Below, piece after piece: positions 39,972 through 50,460 of a stretch of 64,000 nt of DNA. This DNA is from Candidatus Poribacteria bacterium (GTDB lineage Bacteria > Poribacteria > WGA-4E > PCPOR2b), in NCBI GenBank assembly GCA_965208675.1, contig OZ242351.1, positions 2,016,001 to 2,080,000 on the forward strand. The letters are read 5' to 3'. The notes beneath the pieces are model-generated. The model was given only the letters and a program-made list of their open reading frames with translations. It was not told where the DNA came from and ran no database searches. The position numbers were made by a program, and so were the translations under genes. Position 1 is the first letter of the stretch, and every line of letters begins with the position of its first letter.

Positions 39972-40838
39972 TTAGGACTCTGAAATGTACTTTTGAATCA
40001 TTTTTAGGGATTGTGTCACAGCTTCCACCGGAGTTATTGAGTCGAAAGGTATTGCGCTGACAAATCCGCCATATCCAATCTTCTTCAAGGTGCGGAAGAT
40101 GGATGCGAAATCAACTTCACCCTCGCCGGGAACGAGATGCAAATGCCCCCTTGTGTCCTTGAATTCCGGGGTTCCTCCCACAGTTGCGTATCCCATGGGG
40201 GCAAAGCTAATGATGATGCGCTCTTCTCGATAGGAATCAGCGATGTGGACCCAATTCAATACATCAGCGGCATACTCAATCATGGCGGCGGGGTCCTCGC
40301 CTAAAATGAATGTGTGCGGGCCACAATACAGGTATCCGATACTCTTGTGCCCAATTTCCTTGATTATATCCACACCCAGATTATTGTCTTCAACAAAATC
40401 GCCGGGATGGGCTTCAAACGAAGCCTGTACACCTTCACCTTCGAGCACTGGAGCCACCTCGCGCATAGATGCCTTAAACGCGTCTATACAGTCATTGAGC
40501 TGCAGCGAAGTACCGCCGTTCATCTCGCTGGTGATATAGTCACACCCTAGTAGACGTGCAACAACTATTTGGCGATTGAAACCCTTAACCGCCTGGCGAC
40601 GGGTTTCCGAGTCGAGTGAAGCGAGAGGCCCGCCCCCCAAAACAGCCGCTGGTTTGATGCCGTAATGATCCATGACCTTCGCCTTCTCCTTAATCTGATC
40701 GTCAGGTGCATTTGGATCTAGATGGGCGCCTCCGTTGAGAAGTTCTACATGGTCATAACCGATTCTGCTGATGGCATCCATTGCGTCTTCAAAGGTGTAT
40801 TGTCCAAATTGAAATCCTTCACCAAGACAGATTTTCAT
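39972..40838 (-). CDS. Sugar phosphate isomerase/epimerase, tandem paralogue
   Basis: Same motifs: FEAHPGDFVE, VHIADS, HLVPGEGEVDF. Confidence 0.85.
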   Translation of the reverse strand: MKICLGEGFQFGQYTFEDAMDAISRIGYDHVELLNGGAHLDPNAPDDQIKEKAKVMDHYGIKPAAVLGGGPLASLDSETRRQAVKGFNRQIVVARLLGCDYITSEMNGGTSLQLNDCIDAFKASMREVAPVLEGEGVQASFEAHPGDFVEDNNLGVDIIKEIGHKSIGYLYCGPHTFILGEDPAAMIEYAADVLNWVHIADSYREERIIISFAPMGYATVGGTPEFKDTRGHLHLVPGEGEVDFASIFRTLKKIGYGGFVSAIPFDSITPVEAVTQSLKMIQKYISES

Positions 40839-41089
40839 TTTTTGATTTCTCCGTTGTGATGAATTGAAGACTTGTACAGATTCGTTAGCGGTTCTGCGAT
40901 TTTCGCAGCATGATTTAAAATAACATTTCGGCAGGACCGTAGAAAAATGTATGTCAAAATATTTTTCAAAATGCCCGACAACGTTAGGATATTAGCGCAC
41001 TTAGTAGGCGTAATGCTCATTATATCAAATATGCATTTGAGCGTCGAGAAAAATATTGCGGCGTTTGTGTGTTGAAATAATGATGGGAT

Positions 41090-41222
41090 GTGATTGAAAA
41101 TCGAGGCTGGGAAGCCTCTCCCACACACCGGTGAGTCAATGCATAATTTTTGAAAATAGAGCTTGATAGGGGCGCAGGAGGTTTTTAAGACTGAAGACTA
41201 TCCCTATTCGTTCAGTTGATCG
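41090..41222. repeat. Dispersed repeat with GAGGCTGGGAAGCCTC core; copies at ~43496-43645 and ~50420-50460
   Basis: GTGATTGAAAATCGAGGCTGGGAAGCCTCTC near-identical in three places; downstream ~90 nt shared by the 41.1-kb and 43.5-kb copies. Confidence 0.8.
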
Positions 41223-41387
41223 TTGGGTTTCAAATAGGGGTGGCGATTCGGAGATCAATCCTACGGGGGATGGCGGGGTACTGGCGATGTAATAAATGAA
41301 AATTCTAACAGGCTCTTAGGTTTACGCTGCGAACCATCCCCAATGGTGAGCTAGGAATAAAATGTCCCGGCAGGAAAGAATTTATGC

Positions 41388-41416
41388 TTGACAGAAATGT
41401 CAATTTTTTGTAAACT
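41388..41416 (+). promoter_or_regulatory. Putative sigma70 promoter with an overlapping palindromic operator
   Basis: TTGACA-gaaa-TGTCAA (41388-41403); TAAACT at 17-nt spacing. Confidence 0.5.
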
Positions 41417-41664
41417 AAGCAAACTGTTCAGATTTGCCGTTTCTGTCATCCTTGTGAGAAGGCTCAGATAGCTAGGTCAGTTTGGCTAATTTTGCGGAAC
41501 ACTCATCATCCTGAACGTTGGCTTTATCAGAATGCAAGATTCATTTTCCCATTAGAACTTAGCGGCGAATCGGCGCTACATCTTGAATTACTTCCATTCT
41601 GTGTCACACTTGACTAAAAGTAGCAGATTATCAAAAAATTCTGAATAGGAGAGAAAAACAGAAC

Positions 41665-42885
41665 ATGAAGAGGTTATTAAAGATACTCATGATTCTTGTG
41701 TTGGTTGCCGGTGCCGGGTGTAACCAACAGGTGATTACGCAACTGGAAGTTGGTCGAGACAAGCTGCTCGACGCAGGTCTGGAAATCGAGGCGATTGAGC
41801 ACCTAACATTGGCTGAAAATAAAGAAGCTAAGTCTGAAATCGAAAAAGTGGAACCGCGGGCATTATTGTTGATTGCCTATACGACGGCGCTTTCAAGCGG
41901 CGATGCTAAGACCTTGAAGGCAAATCTTGTTGATGATTATAAAGAAGAGCGGCAGAGGAGACTTGCCGCGTTGAACACGGCGGAAATGAGGAAAATTTTA
42001 GATGTGCTTAATGAACGGCACCGCATCCAAAAAGATGCAATGCAAGTGTTAATTGATAAAGGGGCCGACGCCGTACCTTTATTGATTGAAAGCCTTGGGC
42101 GGGCTTGGAAGTATGCGCAGATAAAGGGTGAAATTACCGATATGTTATATGAGATTGGTTCGCAAGGCCTAGACCACGTAATCGTTGCGCTCAAATCGCC
42201 GGATACTTCGGCTGATGCGAAGTCTACGCTTGTGCAGATAGTTGGGAAGATTAACGATACTCGCGTACTTTCGGAATTGGAATCAATTCGAGACGGGCTG
42301 AGCGCCGCGGATGCAGGGTTGATAATGGAACTTAACGTTGCGCTCTATAAACTAGGCAAGAAATCAATTTATAAACCGAAAATTATTGCAGGCTTAAGTG
42401 ATAGTGAGGTTTCCGTGCGCCGTGCCGCATCGAAGGCACTGTCGGAGTTGAACGATTCGCCCGCGGCTCAAATCGTCAGTGTTCTACAAGACTCTGACGC
42501 TGAAGTGCGTATGTATGGTGCACGAGCGCTTCAAAAATTTCCGACGGAGACTGCGGTCGTCCCGTTAATTAAAGTCCTCAAGTCGGATTCAGATGCGGAC
42601 ACCAAAAAAGCGGCAACGAGAGCGCTGATTGTGCACGCCAAAAAGGGGTTGGGGAAAAACATGGCGGTGCGTTTAATCAATGAATTGGATCAGTTAGATG
42701 ACCCAAACGACCGTCTGCGGGTTGTCCAGATTCTCAAAACCGAAGAGCTTGTAAAACAGATTAAAGCCCATCCGTCAGAGGACAATCTTGAATACAATCT
42801 CTGGAAATATTATAACGACGAAGAAAAGAATGACATGGTGAAAGAAGAGCTAAATCTCTTGCTGCTTATGTTAGAATCGGATTAA
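41665..42885 (+). CDS. HEAT/PBS-lyase repeat lipoprotein
   Basis: Lipobox VAGAGC; repeats LSDSEVSVRRAASKAL, LQDSDAEVRMYGARAL. Confidence 0.8.
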   Translation: MKRLLKILMILVLVAGAGCNQQVITQLEVGRDKLLDAGLEIEAIEHLTLAENKEAKSEIEKVEPRALLLIAYTTALSSGDAKTLKANLVDDYKEERQRRLAALNTAEMRKILDVLNERHRIQKDAMQVLIDKGADAVPLLIESLGRAWKYAQIKGEITDMLYEIGSQGLDHVIVALKSPDTSADAKSTLVQIVGKINDTRVLSELESIRDGLSAADAGLIMELNVALYKLGKKSIYKPKIIAGLSDSEVSVRRAASKALSELNDSPAAQIVSVLQDSDAEVRMYGARALQKFPTETAVVPLIKVLKSDSDADTKKAATRALIVHAKKGLGKNMAVRLINELDQLDDPNDRLRVVQILKTEELVKQIKAHPSEDNLEYNLWKYYNDEEKNDMVKEELNLLLLMLESD

Positions 42886-43367
42886 ATGTTAGAAAATACG
42901 TAAAATTTCCTGTACTGCGACGCACACTGACGTGCTGCTGGACAATTTTTCAGAATAATCCCCATCGCGACACGCCTACCGGAATTTTGAAGTTATTCTG
43001 CTTCCATGCGAGAAAGTTGAAAATATTGCCGAGAGCGTAATCGGCACCGGAAAGCAGTTTTCCCCCGAGTCCGTGCAAACCCGTCCGCACGCTTCTTATC
43101 CCCTACGGCATTTCATGTCCTACCTGAAACGCCAACCCGATGAATAGATTAAAGATAATCTTCGCTTATGCATCCGGAAACCGGATGTCCACTGTGTAAT
43201 TTCGGAATTGCACAGTCTCCGAGGCATACGCATTCTTGGTCGTTTGAGTCGCAATCATGGGCGGTTATTGAATGAATCCGCTCTACCCAACCTACAGGCA
43301 TTCGCTTTCAAATAAGGGTCGCGATTCGGAGATTGCTACTATGGCGGGTGAAGGATTATTAGAAAAT

Positions 43368-43645
43368 TGGAAGGTTGGCGATGATGGGTTCGTGAGGTCG
43401 AGACAAAGTACAAACATTGTCTGAACTGTGATTTTCGTGATTAAATGATGGACCATGATCAATTTGCGTCATTTGGGAACATAGATACGCACGGAGTGAT
43501 TGAAAATCGAGGCTGGGAAGCCTCTCCCACACACCGGCGAGTCAATGCATAATTTTTGATAATCGAGCTTGATAGGGGCGCGGGAGGTTTTTAAGGCAGA
43601 AAACTGTAGGAAAACTATCGCCCTCCCTATTCGGTCGGTCGATCC
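43368..43645. repeat. Composite repeat; 5' part shared with 50294-50460, 3' part with 41090-41222
   Basis: GCGATGATGGGTT..GGTCGAG..GTACAAA..GTCTGAACTGTGATTT..GATGGAC..GTCATTTGG present in both 43.4-kb and 50.3-kb copies. Confidence 0.75.
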
Positions 43646-44079
43646 TACAAGAGGATGGGCGAAATGAGTATTCGATGATTGATGTCGGCTTTCTGGTTTT
43701 TTTACCCTCCTCAATCCCCCCTTGGTAAGGGGGGAGATTGACTGTGGTGCGTTGGGGTAGGCTAGTTTAACTCAAATATTTTGGTGAGGTTTCTCCTGCA
43801 AGTGCAATGATTTAGATTGACGCGTACCTGCCTATTTGATATGCTATAATTTTAGGTGAACACGTGAAAACCGGTGCATGCCACATCATTCGCATCGCAC
43901 CGTGGAAGCGGTTCAACAGTTGCAGCCGCGTTCCGGGCGAAGATGGCAAACTGGGAATTTAGAACCCAAGAAAGATATTGTCCGCCAGCGGCGGCATCTC
44001 AATTACATTTGTCAATTCAGGATGCCGCGACAAGGTTTAGAACTGAAAGGGGAAGTTCTGATTTTCAGGTGCATTGCGC

Positions 44080-44838
44080 TTAAAACTGTTCATAGACATC
44101 TTCGCGGTTATGGCCCCTACGACCGGGGCACAATCGCTGCATTTCCGGCGGCATACGTTCATACGTCTCGGGCCAGAGCGGTTGGTGGCCGCCTTCGTTC
44201 CAGTTGTTGAACCAGCGCGGATAGTAAGCGATATTTAGTCCGACGCGAATTTCGTCGGTAGTTGAATTGGCGCGAGCCATGTGATATAAGCCACTGTGCC
44301 ACATCATAACGGAACCTGGCCGGCCCGTGACCGCCTTGATTAGCGGGCTATCGTGCGTTATACTTGCCGGAGGCCCCTTAAGCCGCGAGCGGTGACTCAT
44401 CGGTACAATTCCCGTTGCACCGTTTTCAATAGTGAAGTCTGTAAGCATCCAGATAGAATTAACCATCCACGGCACGTCCGGCACTTCAGCGAAATGTGCG
44501 GCAGAATCGACGTGAAGTCCTTGAGGGCCTGCCCCGGGCCATGTTGGTTTGGAACAAGCCTCGACAACACGACAGGTTTCTCCAAGAAAATGTCTGACTA
44601 CGGCAACAACATCTGGATGGCTGGCGCAGGTCCAGACCCTGTCATCAAGGTTTAACATGCCAAACAGTGTCTGATAGTATTTGTCGCCGGTGTTATAGCG
44701 CTCGTATTGGGGATCAGCGTGAATTTCCAAGAATCGCTCTGCCATGCTACCAGCCATGTCTTCGGAAATGCGATCTTCTAGGACGCAGTACCCGCAATCG
44801 CTCATTGAGTCAATTGCTGCTTTGATATCATCGTTCAT
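44080..44838 (-). CDS. Phytanoyl-CoA dioxygenase (PhyH) family Fe(II)/2OG oxygenase
   Basis: LHVD, WMLTDFTIENGAT..VP.SH, LYH..R.N....R. Confidence 0.9.
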   Translation of the reverse strand: MNDDIKAAIDSMSDCGYCVLEDRISEDMAGSMAERFLEIHADPQYERYNTGDKYYQTLFGMLNLDDRVWTCASHPDVVAVVRHFLGETCRVVEACSKPTWPGAGPQGLHVDSAAHFAEVPDVPWMVNSIWMLTDFTIENGATGIVPMSHRSRLKGPPASITHDSPLIKAVTGRPGSVMMWHSGLYHMARANSTTDEIRVGLNIAYYPRWFNNWNEGGHQPLWPETYERMPPEMQRLCPGRRGHNREDVYEQF

Positions 44839-45363
44839 GGAATTTGCGTTGCGCCTCCTAATGTAGTTGACGATGTAAAATTATTTTAAGGTCATGCGGA
44901 AGAATTTACTACATTTAGTATCATATTCTCTGCAGAATGATAAGCAATGCGGTAACTTCAGCAAAAACTCTTCCGTGAATTATGTTGCAATTATAGCAAT
45001 TTGGTGACAATTTTGCAACAAAAAAGGAGGCTAGTTTTCGCTATGTCTGTCGCCCGCCTGGGCTATGGTGTAGGTTTTTGCTGTGTGAGGGTGACTGGTT
45101 GCCGGACGGAGTGAATTTTGCGATTGGAATGGATAAAACAAGAGGGTTGTTGGGGATTAGCCGTGGTGTTGGTGATTGGTAATTCATTTGGGCTGGGCGA
45201 GGCTTTAAGGGAGGTGGGTTTCGCTACGTTCATCAGAAATTGTACGCGGTTAGGATGGTCGTGCGATACGTTTTGATGGGCGGTTTTTTGAATGAGTCCG
45301 CTCTATCCAACCGATAAGAGCTGCCGCCCCTACGGGGTTTTGGCTGTATGAGGGATTTGAATT

Positions 45364-46203
45364 ATGACTTATTCTATGACTGACGAGCAGCGTTTTACCT
45401 TCGATTTGAAGGGTTGGCTGATGATTCCGTCCGTGTTGCAACCGGGCGAAATTAGAGAAATTAAGGAATTTCTGAATGCCTTAGAGTCCAACCCGGAGAC
45501 GCTTCCTGAGCGGGATAGGCATGTTTGCGGGGGCGCATGTTCCCAACTGCTAGATCATCCCGTGGTAGTGGGTGTGTTAAACGAGATTATCCTTTCACCG
45601 GGTTCGCTGCGGGAAGGAGACGTACCCAGAGAGGTAGACGACGAGGCAAAAACTTACGGTTTCCGCTGCGACGGTTGGCATCTCGCTCGCCGAACCTACA
45701 ATCCGAACCGCAGCGCTTCGGATGCACCGCCATCACCGCCGCATAACGGCGGCGTGGAGATGTATCCAACTCACAGTTTCAATGTCTTTAACGGGCGCAT
45801 CTCGTCGCCGGTGACCCGGGTGGTGTGGGAGGTGAACCCTGTGAAGAAATGGATGGGTGGCACGCTGTTTATGTCTGGGAGCCACAAAAGTAACTTTCCT
45901 ATCCCACCGGAACACCGCCAGATTGACAGCCCGTTGTATGAAACCTATGAATGCCCGGCGGGTTCGGTGCTGTTTTTTTCCGAATCGGTTTGCCATGGCG
46001 GTCCACATTGGCTGGATCCTGATCATGACCGTATGGCGCTGTTTTTTCACTATATGCACGCCTCAGCAAAGTGGCATTTCGGGGCGCCGCCTCACGAAAC
46101 TGTCATGGCGATGCCGCCGAAGCGGCGGAGCCTATTTCGCGGGGTATGGATGGGCGTCGGACAGACGAATGACGAGTATTCGAAGGAGAACCGTGCAATT
46201 TGA
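45364..46203 (+). CDS. PhyH-family Fe(II)/2OG oxygenase, HxG variant
   Basis: F.FDLKGW, LLDHP, PHNGG, GSHKSNF, PAGSVLFFSE..CHG..W....R. Confidence 0.85.
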   Translation: MTYSMTDEQRFTFDLKGWLMIPSVLQPGEIREIKEFLNALESNPETLPERDRHVCGGACSQLLDHPVVVGVLNEIILSPGSLREGDVPREVDDEAKTYGFRCDGWHLARRTYNPNRSASDAPPSPPHNGGVEMYPTHSFNVFNGRISSPVTRVVWEVNPVKKWMGGTLFMSGSHKSNFPIPPEHRQIDSPLYETYECPAGSVLFFSESVCHGGPHWLDPDHDRMALFFHYMHASAKWHFGAPPHETVMAMPPKRRSLFRGVWMGVGQTNDEYSKENRAI

Positions 46204-46332
46204 CAACGCATGAACGATTCAGCCGTGAACACACACAACACACAGATGTGTTGCCCGTGCGTTTATCTGCACAATTTGGTTGGGCACAATTTTTTTAGTT
46301 CAGCGTAACACGAAGCACTTCTTGAGGAGGCT

Positions 46333-47676
46333 ATGAAAAAAATTCGAATTGGCGGCGGCGCGGGTTTTTCGGGCGACAGAATTTCACCCGCCGTTGAGTT
46401 GGTGGAATCCGGTGATATTGATTACATCGTATTCGAGTGCCTCGCTGAACGAACCATAATGCTAGCCCAGCAACGGAAACGCCTTGACGCGTCGAAGGGA
46501 TATGATCCTTTATTTGAAAGGCGTATGCGCGCCATACTGGAATCGTGCGCGAAGAAGAACATAAAGATTATAACGAATATGGGAGCAGCAAACCCAAAAG
46601 CAGCGGGCAATTTAGTGGTGCGTTTGATGCAAGAGATGGGGATTGGGACCCTCGCGGCGGCGGTTGTCACCGGCGACGATATACTTGACGAGGTGAAACG
46701 CGGGCAGGTGCAACTTCATGATTTGGGCCTCAACCCACAGGATATTGAAGAACATGTTGTGTCGGCAAACATCTATCTCGGATCAGCCCCCATTTTGGAG
46801 GCGTTGCGACAGGGGGCAGATGTAGTGATTACCGGACGCGTCGCGGATCCGTCGCTTTTCGTAGCTCCCTTACTGTATGAATTTGGTTGGCCGAGCGATG
46901 ATTGGAACCGGGTGGGGCGCGCGGTCATGTTAGGCCATCTGATGGAGTGCGGCTGCCAAATCAGCGGCGGCTACTATGCGGATCCAGGCTACAAGGATGT
47001 TGAAGATCTCGTGCGCTTGGGCTATCCTATCCTTGAGGTTCATGAGGACGAACGCGCTTACATTACAAAGGTGCCCGGCAGCGGAGGAGAGGTCAGCGTA
47101 GGCACATGCAAAGAACAACTGCTATATGAAGTCCGCGACCCCTCACGCCTAATCACGCCGGACGCAGTTTCGGATCTGACCGATGTACGGTTTGAACAGT
47201 CGGCGCCTAACCGCGTGCAGGTCTTCGGCGGAAGCGGGCGACTGCAACCGAACAAACTTCGGGTGCTGCTTTGTGTTCAAGAGGGCTACATCGGCGAAGG
47301 TGAAATCTCCTATGGAGGCCCCGGCGCGTACGAACGCGCCCAACTCGCTGCGTCATGTGTGCGCGAATGGCTAGAATCTGAATGCGTCGAACTCAGTGAA
47401 CTGCGGGTGGATTTAATTGGCGTTAATCATCTGTATCAGAGTGCTTCCCTACCGTTGCAAAGTCCGCCGCCGGAAGTTAGATTGCGCGTCAGCGGGCGCG
47501 CAGGCACACGGCGTCACGCAGAAAGCGTGGGGGAAGAGGTGGAAAGCCTATTTCTCAACGGACCTGCCGGCGGCGGCGGGGCGCGAAAATTTGTTCGCGA
47601 AGTTACTCCAATGTATACAGCCTTTATCGATCGGGCTGCTGTTCAAACACAGATTGAAATACTCACGCCGAATTAA
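46333..47676 (+). CDS. Acyclic terpene utilization AtuA (DUF1446) family protein
   Basis: IRIGGGAGFSGDR, FECLAERT, VITGRVAD, GHLMECG, EQLLYE, NGPAGGGG. Confidence 0.88.
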   Translation: MKKIRIGGGAGFSGDRISPAVELVESGDIDYIVFECLAERTIMLAQQRKRLDASKGYDPLFERRMRAILESCAKKNIKIITNMGAANPKAAGNLVVRLMQEMGIGTLAAAVVTGDDILDEVKRGQVQLHDLGLNPQDIEEHVVSANIYLGSAPILEALRQGADVVITGRVADPSLFVAPLLYEFGWPSDDWNRVGRAVMLGHLMECGCQISGGYYADPGYKDVEDLVRLGYPILEVHEDERAYITKVPGSGGEVSVGTCKEQLLYEVRDPSRLITPDAVSDLTDVRFEQSAPNRVQVFGGSGRLQPNKLRVLLCVQEGYIGEGEISYGGPGAYERAQLAASCVREWLESECVELSELRVDLIGVNHLYQSASLPLQSPPPEVRLRVSGRAGTRRHAESVGEEVESLFLNGPAGGGGARKFVREVTPMYTAFIDRAAVQTQIEILTPN

Positions 47677-47841
47677 TTTCACTCCGACAGACACGGACGT
47701 GTAGTCAGTTGCAAACCGCCAGAACAGCACTTGCCGGTTGCATACGTGAAATATGCGCGAGGATTGGGTGGGTTGAATTCAACACCCTGGTGCGGCACAT
47801 GGACCGATGCATCACACGACTAAAAGGAGGAACAATAATAG

Positions 47842-48999
47842 ATGGAGACTCTAGGCGTAGCAATGGTTGGCTATAAGTTTATGGGAAAGGTCCACTCGCG
47901 GGCGTACCGTGATGCTATCGTGCTATTTGAACCGAAAACCAGTCCTGAACTCCGGGTAATTTGCGGGCGCGACGAATCGGGAGTCCGGGACGCCGCGGAC
48001 CGCTACGGATGGCCGGAATACAGCACCAACTGGGAGGAGGTTGTGGGGCGGGATGACATTCAAATCGTCGACATTTCGGTGCCGGGAGATATACACCGCC
48101 CGATCGCGCTAGCGGCGGCACAGCAGGGCAAACATATCTTGTGCGAGAAGCCGTTGGCGAATTCACTGTCAGACGCGCAAGAAATGGCGCAAGCGGTTGA
48201 AGCGGCGGGCATAGTCAATATGGTCAGTTTTAACTACCGCCGAGTGCCCGCGGTTGTATTGGCGCGCGAACTGATTGAAGCGGGCGAAATTGGCGAAATC
48301 TATCACTGGCGAGCGTGTTGGTTGTCAGACTGGGCGACAAGCCCGTACATTCCCATTACTTGGCGATTCCAACGCGAACGGGCCGGCAGCGGTTCGCTCG
48401 GCGATCTCGGATCTCACCTGATAGATTTGGCGCATTACCTAATTGGGCCGATTGAGAAAGCAATTGGATTAACCGAAACTTTCATTAAGGAACGGCCCTT
48501 GCTTCCTTCTGAGTGTAAACCGAGTGTCACTACAGGTACGGTAAACGTGGATGACGGCGCGCTATTTCTTGCGCGATTTGAAAACGGTGCAATCGGCAGC
48601 TTTGAGGCGACCCGAGTGGCGGGCGGCAGCCGCGAACGGTTCATTTTCGAGATTAACGGCAGCCGCGGCAGCGTGTATTTTGACTTTGAACGGCTGAATG
48701 AGCTGCGATATTTTTCCTGGCGTGAACACGCACGCACACAAGGCTATCGTACCATCTTCGTTGGCCAGAGCGAACACCCTTATGGAAGACGTTGGTGGCC
48801 GCCCGGACTGGGAATAGGCTACGATGCTTCATTTGTGCACACGGTTTACGACTTCCTCAACGGCGTAGCCGACGGAGAGTCGCCATCGCCCGATTTCCGT
48901 GAAGCTGTTGGGGTGCAAGCTGTCCTTGAGGCGGTCGGACACTCGATTGAAGAAGAGCGTTGGGTGAGGGTCTCGGATGTTCTCAACGGGACGCAGTGA
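47842..48999 (+). CDS. Gfo/Idh/MocA family oxidoreductase
   Basis: VGYKFMG, GKHILCEKPLA, FNYRR, GSLGDLGSH. Confidence 0.92.
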   Translation: METLGVAMVGYKFMGKVHSRAYRDAIVLFEPKTSPELRVICGRDESGVRDAADRYGWPEYSTNWEEVVGRDDIQIVDISVPGDIHRPIALAAAQQGKHILCEKPLANSLSDAQEMAQAVEAAGIVNMVSFNYRRVPAVVLARELIEAGEIGEIYHWRACWLSDWATSPYIPITWRFQRERAGSGSLGDLGSHLIDLAHYLIGPIEKAIGLTETFIKERPLLPSECKPSVTTGTVNVDDGALFLARFENGAIGSFEATRVAGGSRERFIFEINGSRGSVYFDFERLNELRYFSWREHARTQGYRTIFVGQSEHPYGRRWWPPGLGIGYDASFVHTVYDFLNGVADGESPSPDFREAVGVQAVLEAVGHSIEEERWVRVSDVLNGTQ

Positions 49000-49204
49000 A
49001 CCGACAGATTCGTTTAGAAACGGCTGCATTATTCGATTGAAAGCCGCCGGCCCGCCTTCCGCCATGGATAAAAGGTAAACGGTTTTTGAGTTTTGGCGTC
49101 CTAAATTAAGGGTATTCGACGGACAATACCTGAACTCACGGCGTGTTCTACGCATAAGCATATATGCCATTCAGATACTCTTTTTCTAAACGAGGTGAAA
49201 AGCA

Positions 49205-49651
49205 ATGAAGGAATTAAGTTCCAAAACTATATGTATTGGAGCCGTTCTAGTGTGTATTCTGGGAATAGGAATTTCGGTAATGGCAATAGGTCAACAAGAT
49301 GCTTCCCCTAAGTACACTATCCTTGTACTCGGCAGGTTGCACCTGACCCCGAAAGGAAACGCGGAGATTGCCGAAAAACTCATGGTAGAGAAACTGCTGC
49401 CTGCTGCCAAAGGGATTGAGGGTTTAAAAATTACGGCGCTGAAACGGATGCAGATGCCGGGGCCATCAAGTCAAATGCGGACCAAACAGCCCGATTTCAT
49501 AATGATGGCTGAGGTTTCGGATTTGACCGTTCTTGCCAAACTGTGGGCGGCACCGACAGATGGTTTGGAAGAGTATGGGAAACAGATGAAGATACAAGCT
49601 GGCACACCGAAATTTGAAGTGTATCAAATCTTGGAAGGGTCAGCAGACTGA
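49205..49651 (+). CDS. Hypothetical exported protein
   Basis: GAGG RBS; N-terminal hydrophobic signal-like segment. Confidence 0.6.
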   Translation: MKELSSKTICIGAVLVCILGIGISVMAIGQQDASPKYTILVLGRLHLTPKGNAEIAEKLMVEKLLPAAKGIEGLKITALKRMQMPGPSSQMRTKQPDFIMMAEVSDLTVLAKLWAAPTDGLEEYGKQMKIQAGTPKFEVYQILEGSAD

Positions 49652-49666
49652 GTAGAGAAAAAGATT

Positions 49667-50281
49667 GTGACATCGAATGAAAATAAGTTTGCTGCACCGA
49701 CGTATGACACAGAAAAGCAGATAACAGATCTTTTTTTCGCGCAATGTGAAAAACCTGACGGCTTGGAGGAGATAAATCTAAGTCGATTAACACCGTTTCA
49801 ACGTGCGCTGTTGGTCACGGACGGGACAGTTACGCGGTTCCTCGAAGCTTACACACTTTCTCCGGTCAAGATTGTGCTGTTCGAGCAGGAGATGCAAACC
49901 CTACCTGCCAATCACGAGTGGCTCAAAGCAAAAAAGGGCACAGAGGTAATTCGACGTCAGGTTTCGCTGCAAACACTGAATTGCACAGCCCACCTGCCGA
50001 CTATCCATACCTATGCGACGTCCCTCATTGTACTGAGCCGAACTCCGACGATTATCAGAGAAGGTTTAGAACTTAAGAGCGATGGGTTAGGGACGCTGCT
50101 GCAGCGAAGCGGCTTGGAAACGCGCCGAGATTTACTATGGTGCGGGGTTGAACGCCCGGAAGATCTACCGGCAGGTCTCGCTAATTTGGAGGAAACAGCG
50201 TTTCTTACCCGCACCTATCGCATTGTAGCTGATGGGAAACCGATAATGTTGATTAACGAACGATTTCCCATGTGTTCCTAA
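49667..50281 (+). CDS. Chorismate pyruvate-lyase-like (DUF98/UbiC fold) protein
   Basis: QRALLVTDGTVTRFLEA, RRQVSL, RTYRIV..GKPIMLINERFP. Confidence 0.8.
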   Translation: MTSNENKFAAPTYDTEKQITDLFFAQCEKPDGLEEINLSRLTPFQRALLVTDGTVTRFLEAYTLSPVKIVLFEQEMQTLPANHEWLKAKKGTEVIRRQVSLQTLNCTAHLPTIHTYATSLIVLSRTPTIIREGLELKSDGLGTLLQRSGLETRRDLLWCGVERPEDLPAGLANLEETAFLTRTYRIVADGKPIMLINERFPMCS

Positions 50282-50293
50282 GGATGGAAGGGT

Positions 50294-50460
50294 TGAAGGG
50301 TAGCGATGATGGGTTTGTGTGGTCGAGGCAACGTACAAAAATAGTCTGAACTGTGATTTGTGTGATGGGACGATGGACTACGATTGACTTTTGTCATTTG
50401 GTACATATATACACAAAGAGTGATTGAAAATCGAGGCTGGGAAGCCTCTCTCACACACCC
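50294..50460. repeat. Copy of the composite intergenic repeat
   Basis: Aligns by eye with 43368-43538. Confidence 0.7.

Noticed and set aside
40835-41128. ORF starting MCGRGFPASIFNH (same peptide inside 43469-43714, similar in 50278-50547)
   Set aside because: Derived from the dispersed non-coding repeat.
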